Assembly: GCA_903847325.1 (NCBI GenBank)
Contig: CAINDJ010000477.1
Location: 1-57,257 of the forward strand
Source of the DNA: an uncultured beta proteobacterium
Lineage (GTDB): Bacteria; Pseudomonadota; Gammaproteobacteria; Burkholderiales; Burkholderiaceae_B
Direction of reading: 5' to 3'
DNA: 57,257 bases
Shown: positions 20,071-29,472 of the stretch, piece after piece
How the letters are laid out: every line of letters begins with the position of its first letter
Numbering within the stretch: position 1 is the stretch's first letter
The notes under the pieces: generated by a model
Seen by the model: the letters and a program-made list of their open reading frames with translations, nothing else
Databases searched by the model: none
What the model was told of the DNA's origin: nothing
Made by a program: the position numbers and the translations under genes

Positions 20071-20595
20071 TCACTTATCTTGCCCCAGGCGTATCGCATC
20101 CTGCAGCCATTGCAGGCGACCTTGGTCAAAGGTAATGACGTCGATGCGGCAGGCCGGTGTGATGCCGGCAAAAAATCGCTCAGAAAGCGCAGATAAGTGC
20201 CATTTCGCTGTGCGGATAAGCTTTATTTGTTTGGATGGGGTGATGCTGGCTGCCGCGCCTGCGTGTGAGGTGCCATTGCGCGCACGCACTTCAACGAAAA
20301 CCAGGATGCTGTGGTGCCTGAGCACCAGATCGATCTCTCCGCAGGGGCAAGAGAGCTGCCGAGCCAATAGCTTCAGGCCCTTTGCTTTCAGATATTGGCA
20401 AGCCAGGGTTTCGAAGACATCGCCAGTGGTTTGTGTAGCGGACCGGACCGATTGCGTGACTTTGGAGACGGGGGCGAGGCGTTTTTTACTGAGTCGACGC
20501 CTGCGGTTTTGGACTGCGCGCCGTTGTGCCGCTTGTGCGAGCATAAAAATCTGAAAGTCGTTGGGGTCAGTTGGGTTCATTCTGCTCAGGGACAT
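20071..20595 (-). CDS. yraN: YraN/UPF0102 family protein
   Basis: GDVFE..AC.YL, GEIDLV, LVFVEVRAR, CRIDVI. Start uncertain (20544-20661). Confidence 0.88.
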   Translation of the reverse strand: MSLSRMNPTDPNDFQIFMLAQAAQRRAVQNRRRRLSKKRLAPVSKVTQSVRSATQTTGDVFETLACQYLKAKGLKLLARQLSCPCGEIDLVLRHHSILVFVEVRARNGTSHAGAAASITPSKQIKLIRTAKWHLSALSERFFAGITPACRIDVITFDQGRLQWLQDAIRLGQDK

Positions 20596-20659
20596 GGCGT
20601 GGGACCAGGGTGAAGATTGCTCTACACTGACAGATGTTTTTGAAAATTGTGGCTGATCC

Positions 20660-21613
20660 ATGACTGAAAATGTCTCGCTTCAAGAGGTGCCGGATGCCTG
20701 GAATCGTGTCGGCGAGCGGGTTGATACGCAGTCCTGGCCCGCGCAGGCTTTATATGTCGTGGCCACGCCGATTGGTAATCTGGGTGATCTGACCTTGCAT
20801 GCCTGGCAGGCACTTAGTCGCGCAGACATTATTGCGGCTGAGGATACGCGAGCCACACGTATTCTTCTCGATGCGTGGGGCATTTCTACCCCCTTGATGG
20901 CTTCGCATCGTCACAACGAGCAGACCGCTGCGCAGGCGATTGTCGAGCGACTGCACGCAGGCCAGAGAGTGGCGCTGGTGTCCGATGCGGGTGCGCCGGC
21001 CGTCAGTGATCCAGGTGGTGTCGTGGTGCAAGCCGTGATTGCCGCCGGGTTAAGGGTTATTCCTCTACCCGGACCGAGCGCAGTCATTACTGCCCTCATG
21101 GCCACTGGGGTCACGACCGACGCGAGCCCTGGTTTTGTATTTGCCGGTTTTGCACCGACTAAGTCCATGGCGCGACAGCGCTGGCTACGACAGTGGAGTA
21201 CTTTGCCTGCCGCGCTCGTTTTTTATGAGGCACCGCATCGTATTGCCGCCAGCATTCAGGACCTGCAAATAGTGGCTGGCCCCGCGAGGCGTGTCGCGTT
21301 TGCAAGAGAGCTGACAAAACGGTTCGAAGAGGTCGCCACGATGCCACTTGCCGAGGCACAAACGTGGCTTGAGCAGGGAGCGCATCGCGAGCAGGGGGAG
21401 TATGTGGTGATTCTGTACCCCCCAGAAGCTATACACGATGAGCAAGCTGAAATCGAACAGGCCGCAGGCGTGGATGCCTGGCTCGAGGCGCTACTTGAAA
21501 CTATGTCGGTGCGTGATATAGCACGCGTTGCTGCCAGGGCAACCGGCCAGTCGCGCGATGCACTTTACACACGCGTACTTGCGCTAAAGAATAAAAACAA
21601 CTCAGGGCAATGA
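20660..21613 (+). CDS. rsmI: 16S rRNA C1402 2'-O-methyltransferase
   Basis: LYVVATPIGNLGD, AEDTR, VSDAGAPAVSDPG, FYEAPHR, RELTKRFEE. Confidence 0.96.
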   Translation: MTENVSLQEVPDAWNRVGERVDTQSWPAQALYVVATPIGNLGDLTLHAWQALSRADIIAAEDTRATRILLDAWGISTPLMASHRHNEQTAAQAIVERLHAGQRVALVSDAGAPAVSDPGGVVVQAVIAAGLRVIPLPGPSAVITALMATGVTTDASPGFVFAGFAPTKSMARQRWLRQWSTLPAALVFYEAPHRIAASIQDLQIVAGPARRVAFARELTKRFEEVATMPLAEAQTWLEQGAHREQGEYVVILYPPEAIHDEQAEIEQAAGVDAWLEALLETMSVRDIARVAARATGQSRDALYTRVLALKNKNNSGQ

Positions 21614-22657
21614 CAGGCTAGGCGCTAAACCTGTCGAATTTTGAATCGGGGTGAGTGCTTGCACCGCGGCATCGCGGCTAGCAAAAGGCCCAATCCTTAC
21701 ACGGTACAGGTTGTTGGCGTTACGGTCGACAAGCACCGGAGCCTCTAGTCCTGGTGGCATTTTTTGCGTCACCTGTGCCGCAAGTGATCGCGCTTTAGCC
21801 GGATCGCTAAACGCTCCGAGCTGGAGGAACATGCTGCCGGCAGGCACGGGGGTTGCTTGTTCCAAGGAGATGTTTTCAGCTGGCATCGGGGCTTGTTTTG
21901 CCTGGGTGGACTCTGGCAGGGCCGGTGCCGGCGGATCGAGCGGTACAGGCTCTCGCGACGATACCGGACCAGCCTTGCTGGAAGGCGCACTATTTGCATT
22001 GGGCACGCCAACGCTATTAGCCATGGCGAGTGTCGCAACGGGGAGTGCAACCGGTGCGACAGGCGTCTGATCCGCCATCATCGTCGTACTGGGTTGCGCC
22101 TGCCAGTTGCGAATTTGATCGGGCATGATGCGCTCAACTACGACCTCGCTGCTCCCTGGTCCTAACATGCCAAGTTTATAGGCTGCGACGTAAGACAGAT
22201 CAATAATCCGGTCACTGTGAAACGGTCCCCGATCGTTGACACGCAACACTACGGATTTGCCATTCGAGACGCGCGTCACCCGTACATAACTAGGAATGGG
22301 GAGCGTGGTGTGGGCGGCCGTCATGGCATACATATCATAGCGCTCGCCATTCGAGGTGCTGTTGCCGTGGAATTTTTTTCCATACCAGGACGCGCGCCCC
22401 TGTACTTTGTACGTGCCACCGCTGATATCCGGTGTGTAGGACTGGCCAAATACGTTGTAGGGCTTGTTCGCGCCGCTCGCGAGGGGTTCAAGTTTTGGAA
22501 TCGCGTCAGGCACCTTGTCCAGATTGGAGGGAGGATTGGCTTCAGGGCCATCATCTTTGTAGTAGCCCCCCTTTTTTGTACCTGAGCACGCTGCAAGCAG
22601 GGCCAGTAACAGGCATGCGGCAAGCATGCGCCATCGTGGCCTTGGCTGGATGCGCAT
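21602..22657 (-). CDS. rlpA: Septal ring lytic transglycosylase RlpA (DPBB + SPOR)
   Basis: Lipobox LAAC, ASWYG..FHG, MTAAHTTLP, VNDRGPF..DRIIDLS, SPOR LQLGAFS...YRVRIGPF. Confidence 0.95.
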   Translation of the reverse strand: MRIQPRPRWRMLAACLLLALLAACSGTKKGGYYKDDGPEANPPSNLDKVPDAIPKLEPLASGANKPYNVFGQSYTPDISGGTYKVQGRASWYGKKFHGNSTSNGERYDMYAMTAAHTTLPIPSYVRVTRVSNGKSVVLRVNDRGPFHSDRIIDLSYVAAYKLGMLGPGSSEVVVERIMPDQIRNWQAQPSTTMMADQTPVAPVALPVATLAMANSVGVPNANSAPSSKAGPVSSREPVPLDPPAPALPESTQAKQAPMPAENISLEQATPVPAGSMFLQLGAFSDPAKARSLAAQVTQKMPPGLEAPVLVDRNANNLYRVRIGPFASRDAAVQALTPIQNSTGLAPSLSLP

Positions 22658-23529
22658 TACACGAACTCAGGCCGACTGCGATGTCGCAGCAGCAAGGGTT
22701 GATGATCAGCAAAACGCTGGCCGAGTGTTTCAACCATGTACACAGAACGGTGTTTTCCACCGGTGCAGCCGATCGCGACAGTTAAGTAGCTGCGTGTATC
22801 TTCGGTATAGCGAGGCAGCCATTTGCGTATGAACGTCTCAATGTCGTCAATCATCGCTCCGACATCATCAAAGCTTGCCAGCCATTCGGCGACAGCCTTG
22901 TCACGTCCGGTTAGTGGGCGCAGCTGGGGATCGTAGTGAGGATTGGGGAGGCATCGGACATCAAAAACGAGATCAGCGTCTTTAGGTACCCCGTGCTTGA
23001 ACGCAAACGACTCAAAGGTCAGTATCAGCGGGCTACGGTCAGCCTGAACAAGATCCCTGATCCAGGCGCGCAGCTGCCCAGGTATCAGCCCCGAGGTGTC
23101 GACAACGTGAGCCTGATTGCGTAGCGGGTCTAGCAAATCGCGTTCGTGCGTGATGCATTCAAGCAAGCTAGGTACCGCTCCCGTCAGGCTCAGCCTGTCT
23201 GACAGGGGGTGCCGTCTGCGGGACTCGGAATAACGCTGCGTGAGCGTGACGTTATCGGAGTCCAGGAATACAACACGCAGTTGGGTGCCCATTGCGCGTA
23301 AAGCCGTTACCACGTCAGGCAGCTCGTCCAGATCACCGGGGGAGCGCACATCAATCGCCACTGCGACACGCCGTGCTGGATCGTCTCGCATCGAGGCGAT
23401 GAATTCATGCAGAAATCTGACGGGAAGGTTATCAACGCAGGTGTAACCCGCGTCTTCAAGCATGCGCAACGCGACAGACTTTCCGGAGCCTGAGATCCCT
23501 GTGATCAGAACGACGTTGAGCGCAGCCAT
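22657..23529 (-). CDS. rapZ: RNase adapter / nucleotide-binding protein RapZ
   Basis: ITGISGSGKS, CVDNLP, DVRCLPNP, IGCTGGKHRSV. Confidence 0.96.
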   Translation of the reverse strand: MAALNVVLITGISGSGKSVALRMLEDAGYTCVDNLPVRFLHEFIASMRDDPARRVAVAIDVRSPGDLDELPDVVTALRAMGTQLRVVFLDSDNVTLTQRYSESRRRHPLSDRLSLTGAVPSLLECITHERDLLDPLRNQAHVVDTSGLIPGQLRAWIRDLVQADRSPLILTFESFAFKHGVPKDADLVFDVRCLPNPHYDPQLRPLTGRDKAVAEWLASFDDVGAMIDDIETFIRKWLPRYTEDTRSYLTVAIGCTGGKHRSVYMVETLGQRFADHQPLLLRHRSRPEFV

Positions 23530-24455
23530 CAGGGGTTGCCCTGTGAAATAGCTTGTGCCTGCTTTTCCATGAATTCAGAAAGCGTATCAATCCCGCGAAG
23601 TTTGAGGATTGTGTTGCGAACGGCCGCCTCGACCAGCACGGCCAGGTTACGCCCTGCAGCTACTTGCAGCATAACTTTGCGAATCGGACAGCCGAGGATC
23701 TCCTGCGTCATATCTTGCAGTGGCAGTCGCTCGAATTTATCCTGAGCCGTGGCACGCACCAGATGGACAATGAGTTTGAGTTTCATTTTTCGGCGCACCG
23801 AGGTTTCGCCAAAAATAGTACGGATATTGAGCAGGCCCAGTCCGCGGACTTCGAGCATATTTTGCAGCAACGCCGGACAATGACCGTCGATCACATTCGG
23901 CGAGGTTCGGGCGAGATCAACGGCGTCATCCGCGACAAGGCCGTGTCCACGCGAGATCAGTTCGAGCGCGAGTTCGCTTTTGCCTAAGCCCGACTCGCCG
24001 GTAATCAGCACGCCGACACCGAGCACATCCATAAATACACCGTGCACGGTTGTGGTGGGTGCCAGGCGACGGCTGAGATAGATACGTAGTAGATCAATCA
24101 GCTTAGCCGTCGGGATCGTTGTGCCCAGAAGAGGGACGTGATTGAGCTCGCAGTGTTCAATCAGATCCTGTGTTGCTTCAAGTCCGTCGGCAATCAGCAT
24201 CGCCGGCACACCGCCAGCAAGCAGCTCGTCTACGTGGTGCACGCGACGGCGCACATCAAACCGCGTGTAGTAATCCATTTCCTCGCGACCAAACACCTGA
24301 ATTCTTGAGGGGTGAATCAGGTTCAGGTGGCCAATCAGATCTGCCGCCTCCATGCCATTGTCGGGAATCAGCCGGTCTGCTGCGGATTGGCCCGCGATCC
24401 ATGTGAAGTCGATATCTTCGGTATTGTCGTCTACGAGGTCCTTGACTGTCAGCAT
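23529..24455 (-). CDS. hprK: HPr kinase/phosphorylase
   Basis: HGVFMDV, GESGLGKSELALELI.RGH.LVADD, LEVRGLG, GRNLA. Confidence 0.97.
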   Translation of the reverse strand: MLTVKDLVDDNTEDIDFTWIAGQSAADRLIPDNGMEAADLIGHLNLIHPSRIQVFGREEMDYYTRFDVRRRVHHVDELLAGGVPAMLIADGLEATQDLIEHCELNHVPLLGTTIPTAKLIDLLRIYLSRRLAPTTTVHGVFMDVLGVGVLITGESGLGKSELALELISRGHGLVADDAVDLARTSPNVIDGHCPALLQNMLEVRGLGLLNIRTIFGETSVRRKMKLKLIVHLVRATAQDKFERLPLQDMTQEILGCPIRKVMLQVAAGRNLAVLVEAAVRNTILKLRGIDTLSEFMEKQAQAISQGNP

Positions 24456-24502
24456 ATCGGCTCCGGGTATTGGGGTGGGTCAGCGCATTGACAAAGAGAT
24501 GT

Positions 24503-24958
24503 TCAGGCTGAGCCTGTCGTGAGCAGGCGGTGCACGATGACCGGGTCAGTTTCAACGGCCAGACGTTGACGCAAATTTTCGTCCGATAATCTTTCTGCCA
24601 CTTCGGCAAGTATATCCAGATGTTCTTGTGCGGCGGACTCTGGCGCCATCAGGCAAAGCATTTGGCTGACAGGTTTCCCATCAGGCGCCTCAAAGGGAAT
24701 TGGGTTGCTGAGGCGTAAAAATGCGGCGGTTGCGTGCTTGATCCCTTTGACCCGGCCATGAGGAACCGCCACACCATCGCCCAGACCCGTAGACCCCAGG
24801 CGTTCGCGCGCGAAAAGGCTTTCAAATACCGCTGCGCGTTCAAGGCCGTTGTTGTTTTCAAATAAAAGTCCGGCCTGTTCGAATGCGCGCTTTTTACTGG
24901 TGGCGGGCAGATCTAACAGGATGTTGGTGAGTGGCAGAATGCGTGACAAAAGTTTCAT
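24503..24958 (-). CDS. ptsN: PTS EIIA(Ntr)
   Basis: SKKRAFE, RERLGSTGLGDGVAVPHGR, HLDILA. Confidence 0.95.
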   Translation of the reverse strand: MKLLSRILPLTNILLDLPATSKKRAFEQAGLLFENNNGLERAAVFESLFARERLGSTGLGDGVAVPHGRVKGIKHATAAFLRLSNPIPFEAPDGKPVSQMLCLMAPESAAQEHLDILAEVAERLSDENLRQRLAVETDPVIVHRLLTTGSA

Positions 24959-24998
24959 GCTCTGATTATAGGTGCCATGACAACCAGATTCATCTATT

Positions 24999-25020
24999 AA
25001 AAAACCCGCCAGGTGGCGGG
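24999..25020 (-). terminator. Rho-independent terminator after hpf
   Basis: Minus strand CCCGCC-ACCT-GGCGGG followed by TTTTTT. Confidence 0.85.
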
Positions 25021-25068
25021 CTTATCTAGCGGACGATACGTCCTGAAGGAAATGCGCACTGATTATTG

Positions 25069-25395
25069 TCAGGCGGTTTCGAAAATTTGTCGTTTAACAG
25101 CCAGATGACTGTGATTTTGGGTACGGTCTTTGTGCTGAATGACTTTGCGGTCAATCTTGTCGATTAGCAGATCGATTGCAGCATAAAGGTTTTCTTCGAT
25201 GGCTTCGCAGTGAATATCTTTGCCGCGAACATGAAGAGTGATTTCTGCGCGGTGCCTGTGCGGCTCTACGGAAAGCATGACCTGTGTGTCGATGACGTGA
25301 TCGAAATGTCGCAGTACGCGTGCCATTTTCGTATGAATATATTCCCGGATGGCGGGAGTAACGTCGAGATGGTGACCAGTGATGCTCAGGTTCAT
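25069..25395 (-). CDS. hpf: Ribosome hibernation promoting factor (short HPF/RaiA family)
   Basis: MNLSITGHHLDVTPAIREY, LYAAIDLL; strong AAGGAG RBS. Confidence 0.95.
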   Translation of the reverse strand: MNLSITGHHLDVTPAIREYIHTKMARVLRHFDHVIDTQVMLSVEPHRHRAEITLHVRGKDIHCEAIEENLYAAIDLLIDKIDRKVIQHKDRTQNHSHLAVKRQIFETA

Positions 25396-25484
25396 GTGTA
25401 ATCTCCTTGAAAGGAAAAAAAGTTGCGCGAATTGCGCGAGAAGAACGTCTAGGCAAACTCCTTAAATAAAAATGTCATGACTTT

Positions 25485-25512
25485 AGTGTAGTGACTTGGC
25501 GCAGAAAATCAA
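25485..25512 (-). promoter_or_regulatory. Putative sigma70-type promoter of hpf
   Basis: Minus strand TTGATT-N16-TACACT in an AT-rich intergenic region. Confidence 0.5.
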
Positions 25513-25629
25513 TACCAGATAGCTGATTTATTTCAAGTTTTATGAATGTTTTTGGTGTGCGCCGCAGCAATTTGTCTGCGAATCATCAGGGATGCGTCGT
25601 GGCGAGTGCGTTGCGCCCAACGACTGACT

Positions 25630-26418
25630 TTACATTTTGAAGTGTTCGCCCAGATAAACGCGTCGTACGGAGGGATCATCGACGATTTTATCGGGTTGGC
25701 CGCTCGTCAGGACTTTGCCATCACTGATGATGTAGGCGCGGTCACAGATGCCGAGGGTTTCACGCACGTTATGGTCGGTAATCAGCACACCAATGCCACG
25801 ACTTTTTAGAAAACGCACAATCCGCTGAATCTCGATGACAGCAATCGGATCGACGCCGGCAAAGGGCTCGTCGAGCAGAATGAATCTGGGCCGCGTCGCA
25901 AGGGCGCGTGAAATTTCCACACGCCGCCGCTCGCCTCCGGACAATGACAAGGCATTATTGCTGCGGATATGGCCGATTTGCAACTCGTCGAGCAAATCGT
26001 TGAGTTGTTCCTCAATGACTGCTTTTGAAAACCGCTGGCCGTTTTCGTCAAACTGGAGTTCTAGCACCGCACGGATATTTTCTTCTACAGTCAGACGACG
26101 AAACACCGACGCATCCTGAGGCAGATAGGATAAGCCCTTGCGTGCCCGTTGATGAATTGGCATGCTGCTGATGGAGTTGCCATCGATTTCGATGCGGCCG
26201 GCATCGGCCGCGACCAGTCCGACAATCATATAAAAGCTGGTGGTCTTGCCCGCCCCGTTCGGACCAAGCAGTCCGACGACCTCTCCGCTATTGACCGAAA
26301 GTGATACGTCTTGCACCACCATGCGACCGCCGTAAGATTTACGCAAACCGGTCGCACTTAAGCTCCCGATCGGCGCAGAGGGCTGGGGGGCGGTATTGAG
26401 CGTGGGTGATGATTGCAT
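25630..26418 (-). CDS. lptB: LPS export ABC transporter ATPase
   Basis: [48 protein letters not shown]. Start placed at MQSS. Confidence 0.97.
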   Translation of the reverse strand: MQSSPTLNTAPQPSAPIGSLSATGLRKSYGGRMVVQDVSLSVNSGEVVGLLGPNGAGKTTSFYMIVGLVAADAGRIEIDGNSISSMPIHQRARKGLSYLPQDASVFRRLTVEENIRAVLELQFDENGQRFSKAVIEEQLNDLLDELQIGHIRSNNALSLSGGERRRVEISRALATRPRFILLDEPFAGVDPIAVIEIQRIVRFLKSRGIGVLITDHNVRETLGICDRAYIISDGKVLTSGQPDKIVDDPSVRRVYLGEHFKM

Positions 26419-26449
26419 GCGTAGTTTTCGGGGAGATGCTGTGATGGAA

Positions 26450-27136
26450 TTAGTTTTTGCCGGGGTTTGTGCTGGGGATCGCCAAGGGTGGCAGGGGGTT
26501 ATTTCCTGTGGACGTACCCTGTTTGGCTCTGCATGCAGCGACTGCAGCATCCGTACGTGCGCGAGGCTGCGCGACTGAACGCACGCGCCCACCGGTATTG
26601 GCTGAGTTTGGACCAGAAAATGCTTCGTAAGTATCGGTTTTCTGGCTGTACCGTACTTTCTCGCCGCTGACGGTATCGAATTGCTGGCCACAAATAAATC
26701 GCGTCACAATGGCTTGACCAATCAGGTCAAAAATTTCGTTGCGGCCGTCGTATTCGACGCGCTCGCCAACGCCTTCGAGCACTTCAAAACTTTCTGGGCG
26801 TTCCTGACGGATAAATACACGTTTTCCTGGCTTGACCGTTCCTGTGCCAAATTGTGATCCGTCGCTTTCTTCTTTCAGAATGAGTGTATCGGCGTTCATG
26901 GTCATTAGCCCGCGCGTCATCACAACATTGCCGGTGAACGTGCTTTCACGTTTGATGTCATCGTAGTGCAGGGTGTCTGAGAGAATTTGCGTGCTGGGTT
27001 GTTCCGCGGGCGTTGCCGCAGGCGCCGTCTTGTTTTGAGCCAGGACGGATGGTAGGGCTCCAAGGCAAACTATCGCGCTGATTAAGATTGCCAGCAGCGT
27101 GTGGCGGGGCGCATCATTTTTGGATATTCTGATCAT
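26450..27136 (-). CDS. lptA: LPS transport periplasmic protein
   Basis: Signal peptide, [17 protein letters not shown]. Lies between lptC and lptB. Confidence 0.9.
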   Translation of the reverse strand: MIRISKNDAPRHTLLAILISAIVCLGALPSVLAQNKTAPAATPAEQPSTQILSDTLHYDDIKRESTFTGNVVMTRGLMTMNADTLILKEESDGSQFGTGTVKPGKRVFIRQERPESFEVLEGVGERVEYDGRNEIFDLIGQAIVTRFICGQQFDTVSGEKVRYSQKTDTYEAFSGPNSANTGGRVRSVAQPRARTDAAVAACRAKQGTSTGNNPLPPLAIPSTNPGKN

Positions 27137-27747
27137 GGTTTTGCTTTTGGAGCGGGTTCAGAGTTGTTGCGGCTATCTTTTGCTGCGATATCTACATCGG
27201 TTGATTTCAGAACATCCAGCGTTTGAGAAACGTTGTTATATCGCATGCCCACTCCGTTCATTCTGGATCGTCCGCTAATCGCTGTTGCAGGTAGGTCAGT
27301 GTACGTGATGTCTTGCTTGACCAGCATGGTGAGCGCGTCGCTGCGGAAATTCAGTGGCTGGCGCTCGCTGTCCCCGAGCCTTAACACCACGGCATCACCT
27401 TGCATCACAATACGATCACCATCATCATAAATAGTGGCGGTCCGCGAGGTGGCAATCACCAGAGGGTTTTCCGGACGCAAAACGAAGGCGCGCGGCTTGA
27501 GTAACTCGTAGGAATTGTCGTCCGGGAAGTGCTCCATCAGGTCGCCCTCGAGCCTTTGGATAACCTCGCCTTTCAGGTTGGTACGGAGTAATACGAGTTG
27601 TTTGGCCCAGTTGTCTGGTTCATGTGTCAAGCGCGATGGCGGGTCAATATCCACTGCGCGCTGCGCGTAGTCGGCCGCCCACCAGGTGCTCATGACCAGA
27701 ATGCACAGGATACCAATAGAAACGATCAGGGCGAATCTTTCTTTCAT
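27133..27747 (-). CDS. lptC: LPS export periplasmic protein
   Basis: Single N-terminal TM helix, HEPD, HFPDD, beta-rich domain. kdsC-lptC-lptA order. Confidence 0.88.
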   Translation of the reverse strand: MKERFALIVSIGILCILVMSTWWAADYAQRAVDIDPPSRLTHEPDNWAKQLVLLRTNLKGEVIQRLEGDLMEHFPDDNSYELLKPRAFVLRPENPLVIATSRTATIYDDGDRIVMQGDAVVLRLGDSERQPLNFRSDALTMLVKQDITYTDLPATAISGRSRMNGVGMRYNNVSQTLDVLKSTDVDIAAKDSRNNSEPAPKAKP

Positions 27748-27754
27748 GCTGGCC

Positions 27755-28354
27755 TTATTGCACCACACCAGGCCCGAGCAGGCCAGGCTGGAAAAACTGT
27801 CCAAGGCGCTGTTGCGCGGCCAGAATCAGATCGCAGCATTCGCGTGCGGCGCCATGACCGCCCGCGCGCGTGGATACCCAGTGCGCCGCCTGGGCAATAT
27901 AGGCGGGTGCTTCGGGTACCGAGGCGGCAAAGCCGGCGCGTTGCATGGCGGGTAAGTCGATCAAGTCGTCGCCCATAAAGCCGATCTGGTCAAGCTGCAG
28001 ATGGTGGCGCGCCGCAAGTGCCGCAAGCGCGGCGCCTTTGTCACGTACATTTTGCATGACATCACCCAGGCCTAGCTCGGCGGCTCGCCGGTCAACAATC
28101 GGACCTTCGCGTCCGGTGACGAGTGCGACTTTGATCCCGCTTGTGCTGAGCATTTTCAGGCCGTGCCCGTCTTGTACATTGAAACGTTTGAATACCTCAC
28201 CATTTTCGCCATACCAGAGGCTGCCATCGGTTAATACGCCATCCACGTCAAACACCATCAGGCGCAGCTTTGCGAGGCGTTCGCGGGTGGCGGCGGGTAT
28301 ACGTGAGAGCACGAGGGCTTCGGCTGGGTGACTGAGTGTGTCGATTTTTTTCAT
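27755..28354 (-). CDS. kdsC: KDO 8-phosphate phosphatase
   Basis: FDVDGVLTDG, FNVQDGHG, MGDDLIDLP, GGHGAARE. Confidence 0.95.
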   Translation of the reverse strand: MKKIDTLSHPAEALVLSRIPAATRERLAKLRLMVFDVDGVLTDGSLWYGENGEVFKRFNVQDGHGLKMLSTSGIKVALVTGREGPIVDRRAAELGLGDVMQNVRDKGAALAALAARHHLQLDQIGFMGDDLIDLPAMQRAGFAASVPEAPAYIAQAAHWVSTRAGGHGAARECCDLILAAQQRLGQFFQPGLLGPGVVQ

Positions 28355-28361
28355 ATGTTAT

Positions 28362-29351
28362 TCAGACGACCTTTGCGGCCATCAGGTCATGCATGTGGGT
28401 GGCCCCCACCAGCTTGCCTTGCGCATCTGAAACCAGTATTTGATTTAACCTGTGTTTGTCCATAATTAGCGCGGCATCGACCGCCATGACATCAGAAGAG
28501 ATGTGGCGTGGATGTTTAGTCATGGCATCGGCGATCTTTACGCCACGCACATCGCCCACACGCTCGATCAGGCGACGCAGATCACCGTCGGTAAAAATAC
28601 CTGTCGCATAGCCTGCCTGGTCCAGCACGGCGGTCATTCCCATGCCTTTGCGGGAGATTTCTTCAAGTGCCTCAAAAATAGTGGCGTCCTCGTGTACGGT
28701 CGGCAGCGCAGCGCCTTTTTTCATGACATCCGATACGCGCGTCAGGAGCTTGCGTCCCAGCGCACCGCCAGGATGGGAGCGCGCGAAATCCTCCGCGCCA
28801 AAGCCCCGGGCTTGCAGGCATGCAACGGCCAGGGCGTCGCCCAGCGCCAGCGCGACGGTGGTGCTGGACGTCGGCGCAAGGTTCAGTGGGCAAGCCTCTT
28901 GGGATACGCTGGCGTCGAGATGCACATCGCTCAGGCGTGCCAGCTCTGACTGCGGGTTGCCTGTCATTGCAATGACTTTGACTCCGAGTCGGTGTGCTGC
29001 AGGCAGAATGCTTAAGAGTTCCTGACCTGCTCCGGAATAAGACAGCGCGATCAGTACATCCTGTGCACCGATCATGCCGATGTCGCCGTGAACGGCTTCG
29101 GCAGCATGCAGGAAAAAAGCAGGCGTACCGGTCGAGGCGAGTGTGGCTGCAATTTTTCGGGCCACGTGACCGGTTTTGCCCAGGCCGCACACCACGACCC
29201 GCCCCTGACAACCGAGCGTGAGTTTAACGGCGCGACCGAACTCTTCCCCAAGCCGCTCCTTGAGTTCAAGGATAGCTTGTGCTTCGAGCGTAAGTGTCTG
29301 CCGGGCAGAAGTCAGTGCGGCAGCGACAAGGTCAGAGTGATTTAATGACAT
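28362..29351 (-). CDS. kdsD: Arabinose 5-phosphate isomerase (SIS + CBS)
   Basis: GKTGHVARKIAATLASTGTP, EACPLNLAPTSS, SHPGGALG, GIFTDGDLRR. Confidence 0.96.
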   Translation of the reverse strand: MSLNHSDLVAAALTSARQTLTLEAQAILELKERLGEEFGRAVKLTLGCQGRVVVCGLGKTGHVARKIAATLASTGTPAFFLHAAEAVHGDIGMIGAQDVLIALSYSGAGQELLSILPAAHRLGVKVIAMTGNPQSELARLSDVHLDASVSQEACPLNLAPTSSTTVALALGDALAVACLQARGFGAEDFARSHPGGALGRKLLTRVSDVMKKGAALPTVHEDATIFEALEEISRKGMGMTAVLDQAGYATGIFTDGDLRRLIERVGDVRGVKIADAMTKHPRHISSDVMAVDAALIMDKHRLNQILVSDAQGKLVGATHMHDLMAAKVV

Positions 29352-29472
29352 TTGGCGATTTTAATCGCATCAGGGCTTCGGTGGGCGAGAGTTGCCAGTC
29401 AGGGCGTCATGTGGCACTCTTCGCTGGTAATTTGGTGCTGTATGCCTGAACTGATCAAACTAGGACTCTGCG

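Noticed and set aside
25151-25456. 101-aa alternative-frame ORF overlapping hpf, considered as an rpoN remnant
   Set aside because: No resemblance to the RpoN C-terminus, and the AAGGAG is too close to its TTG.
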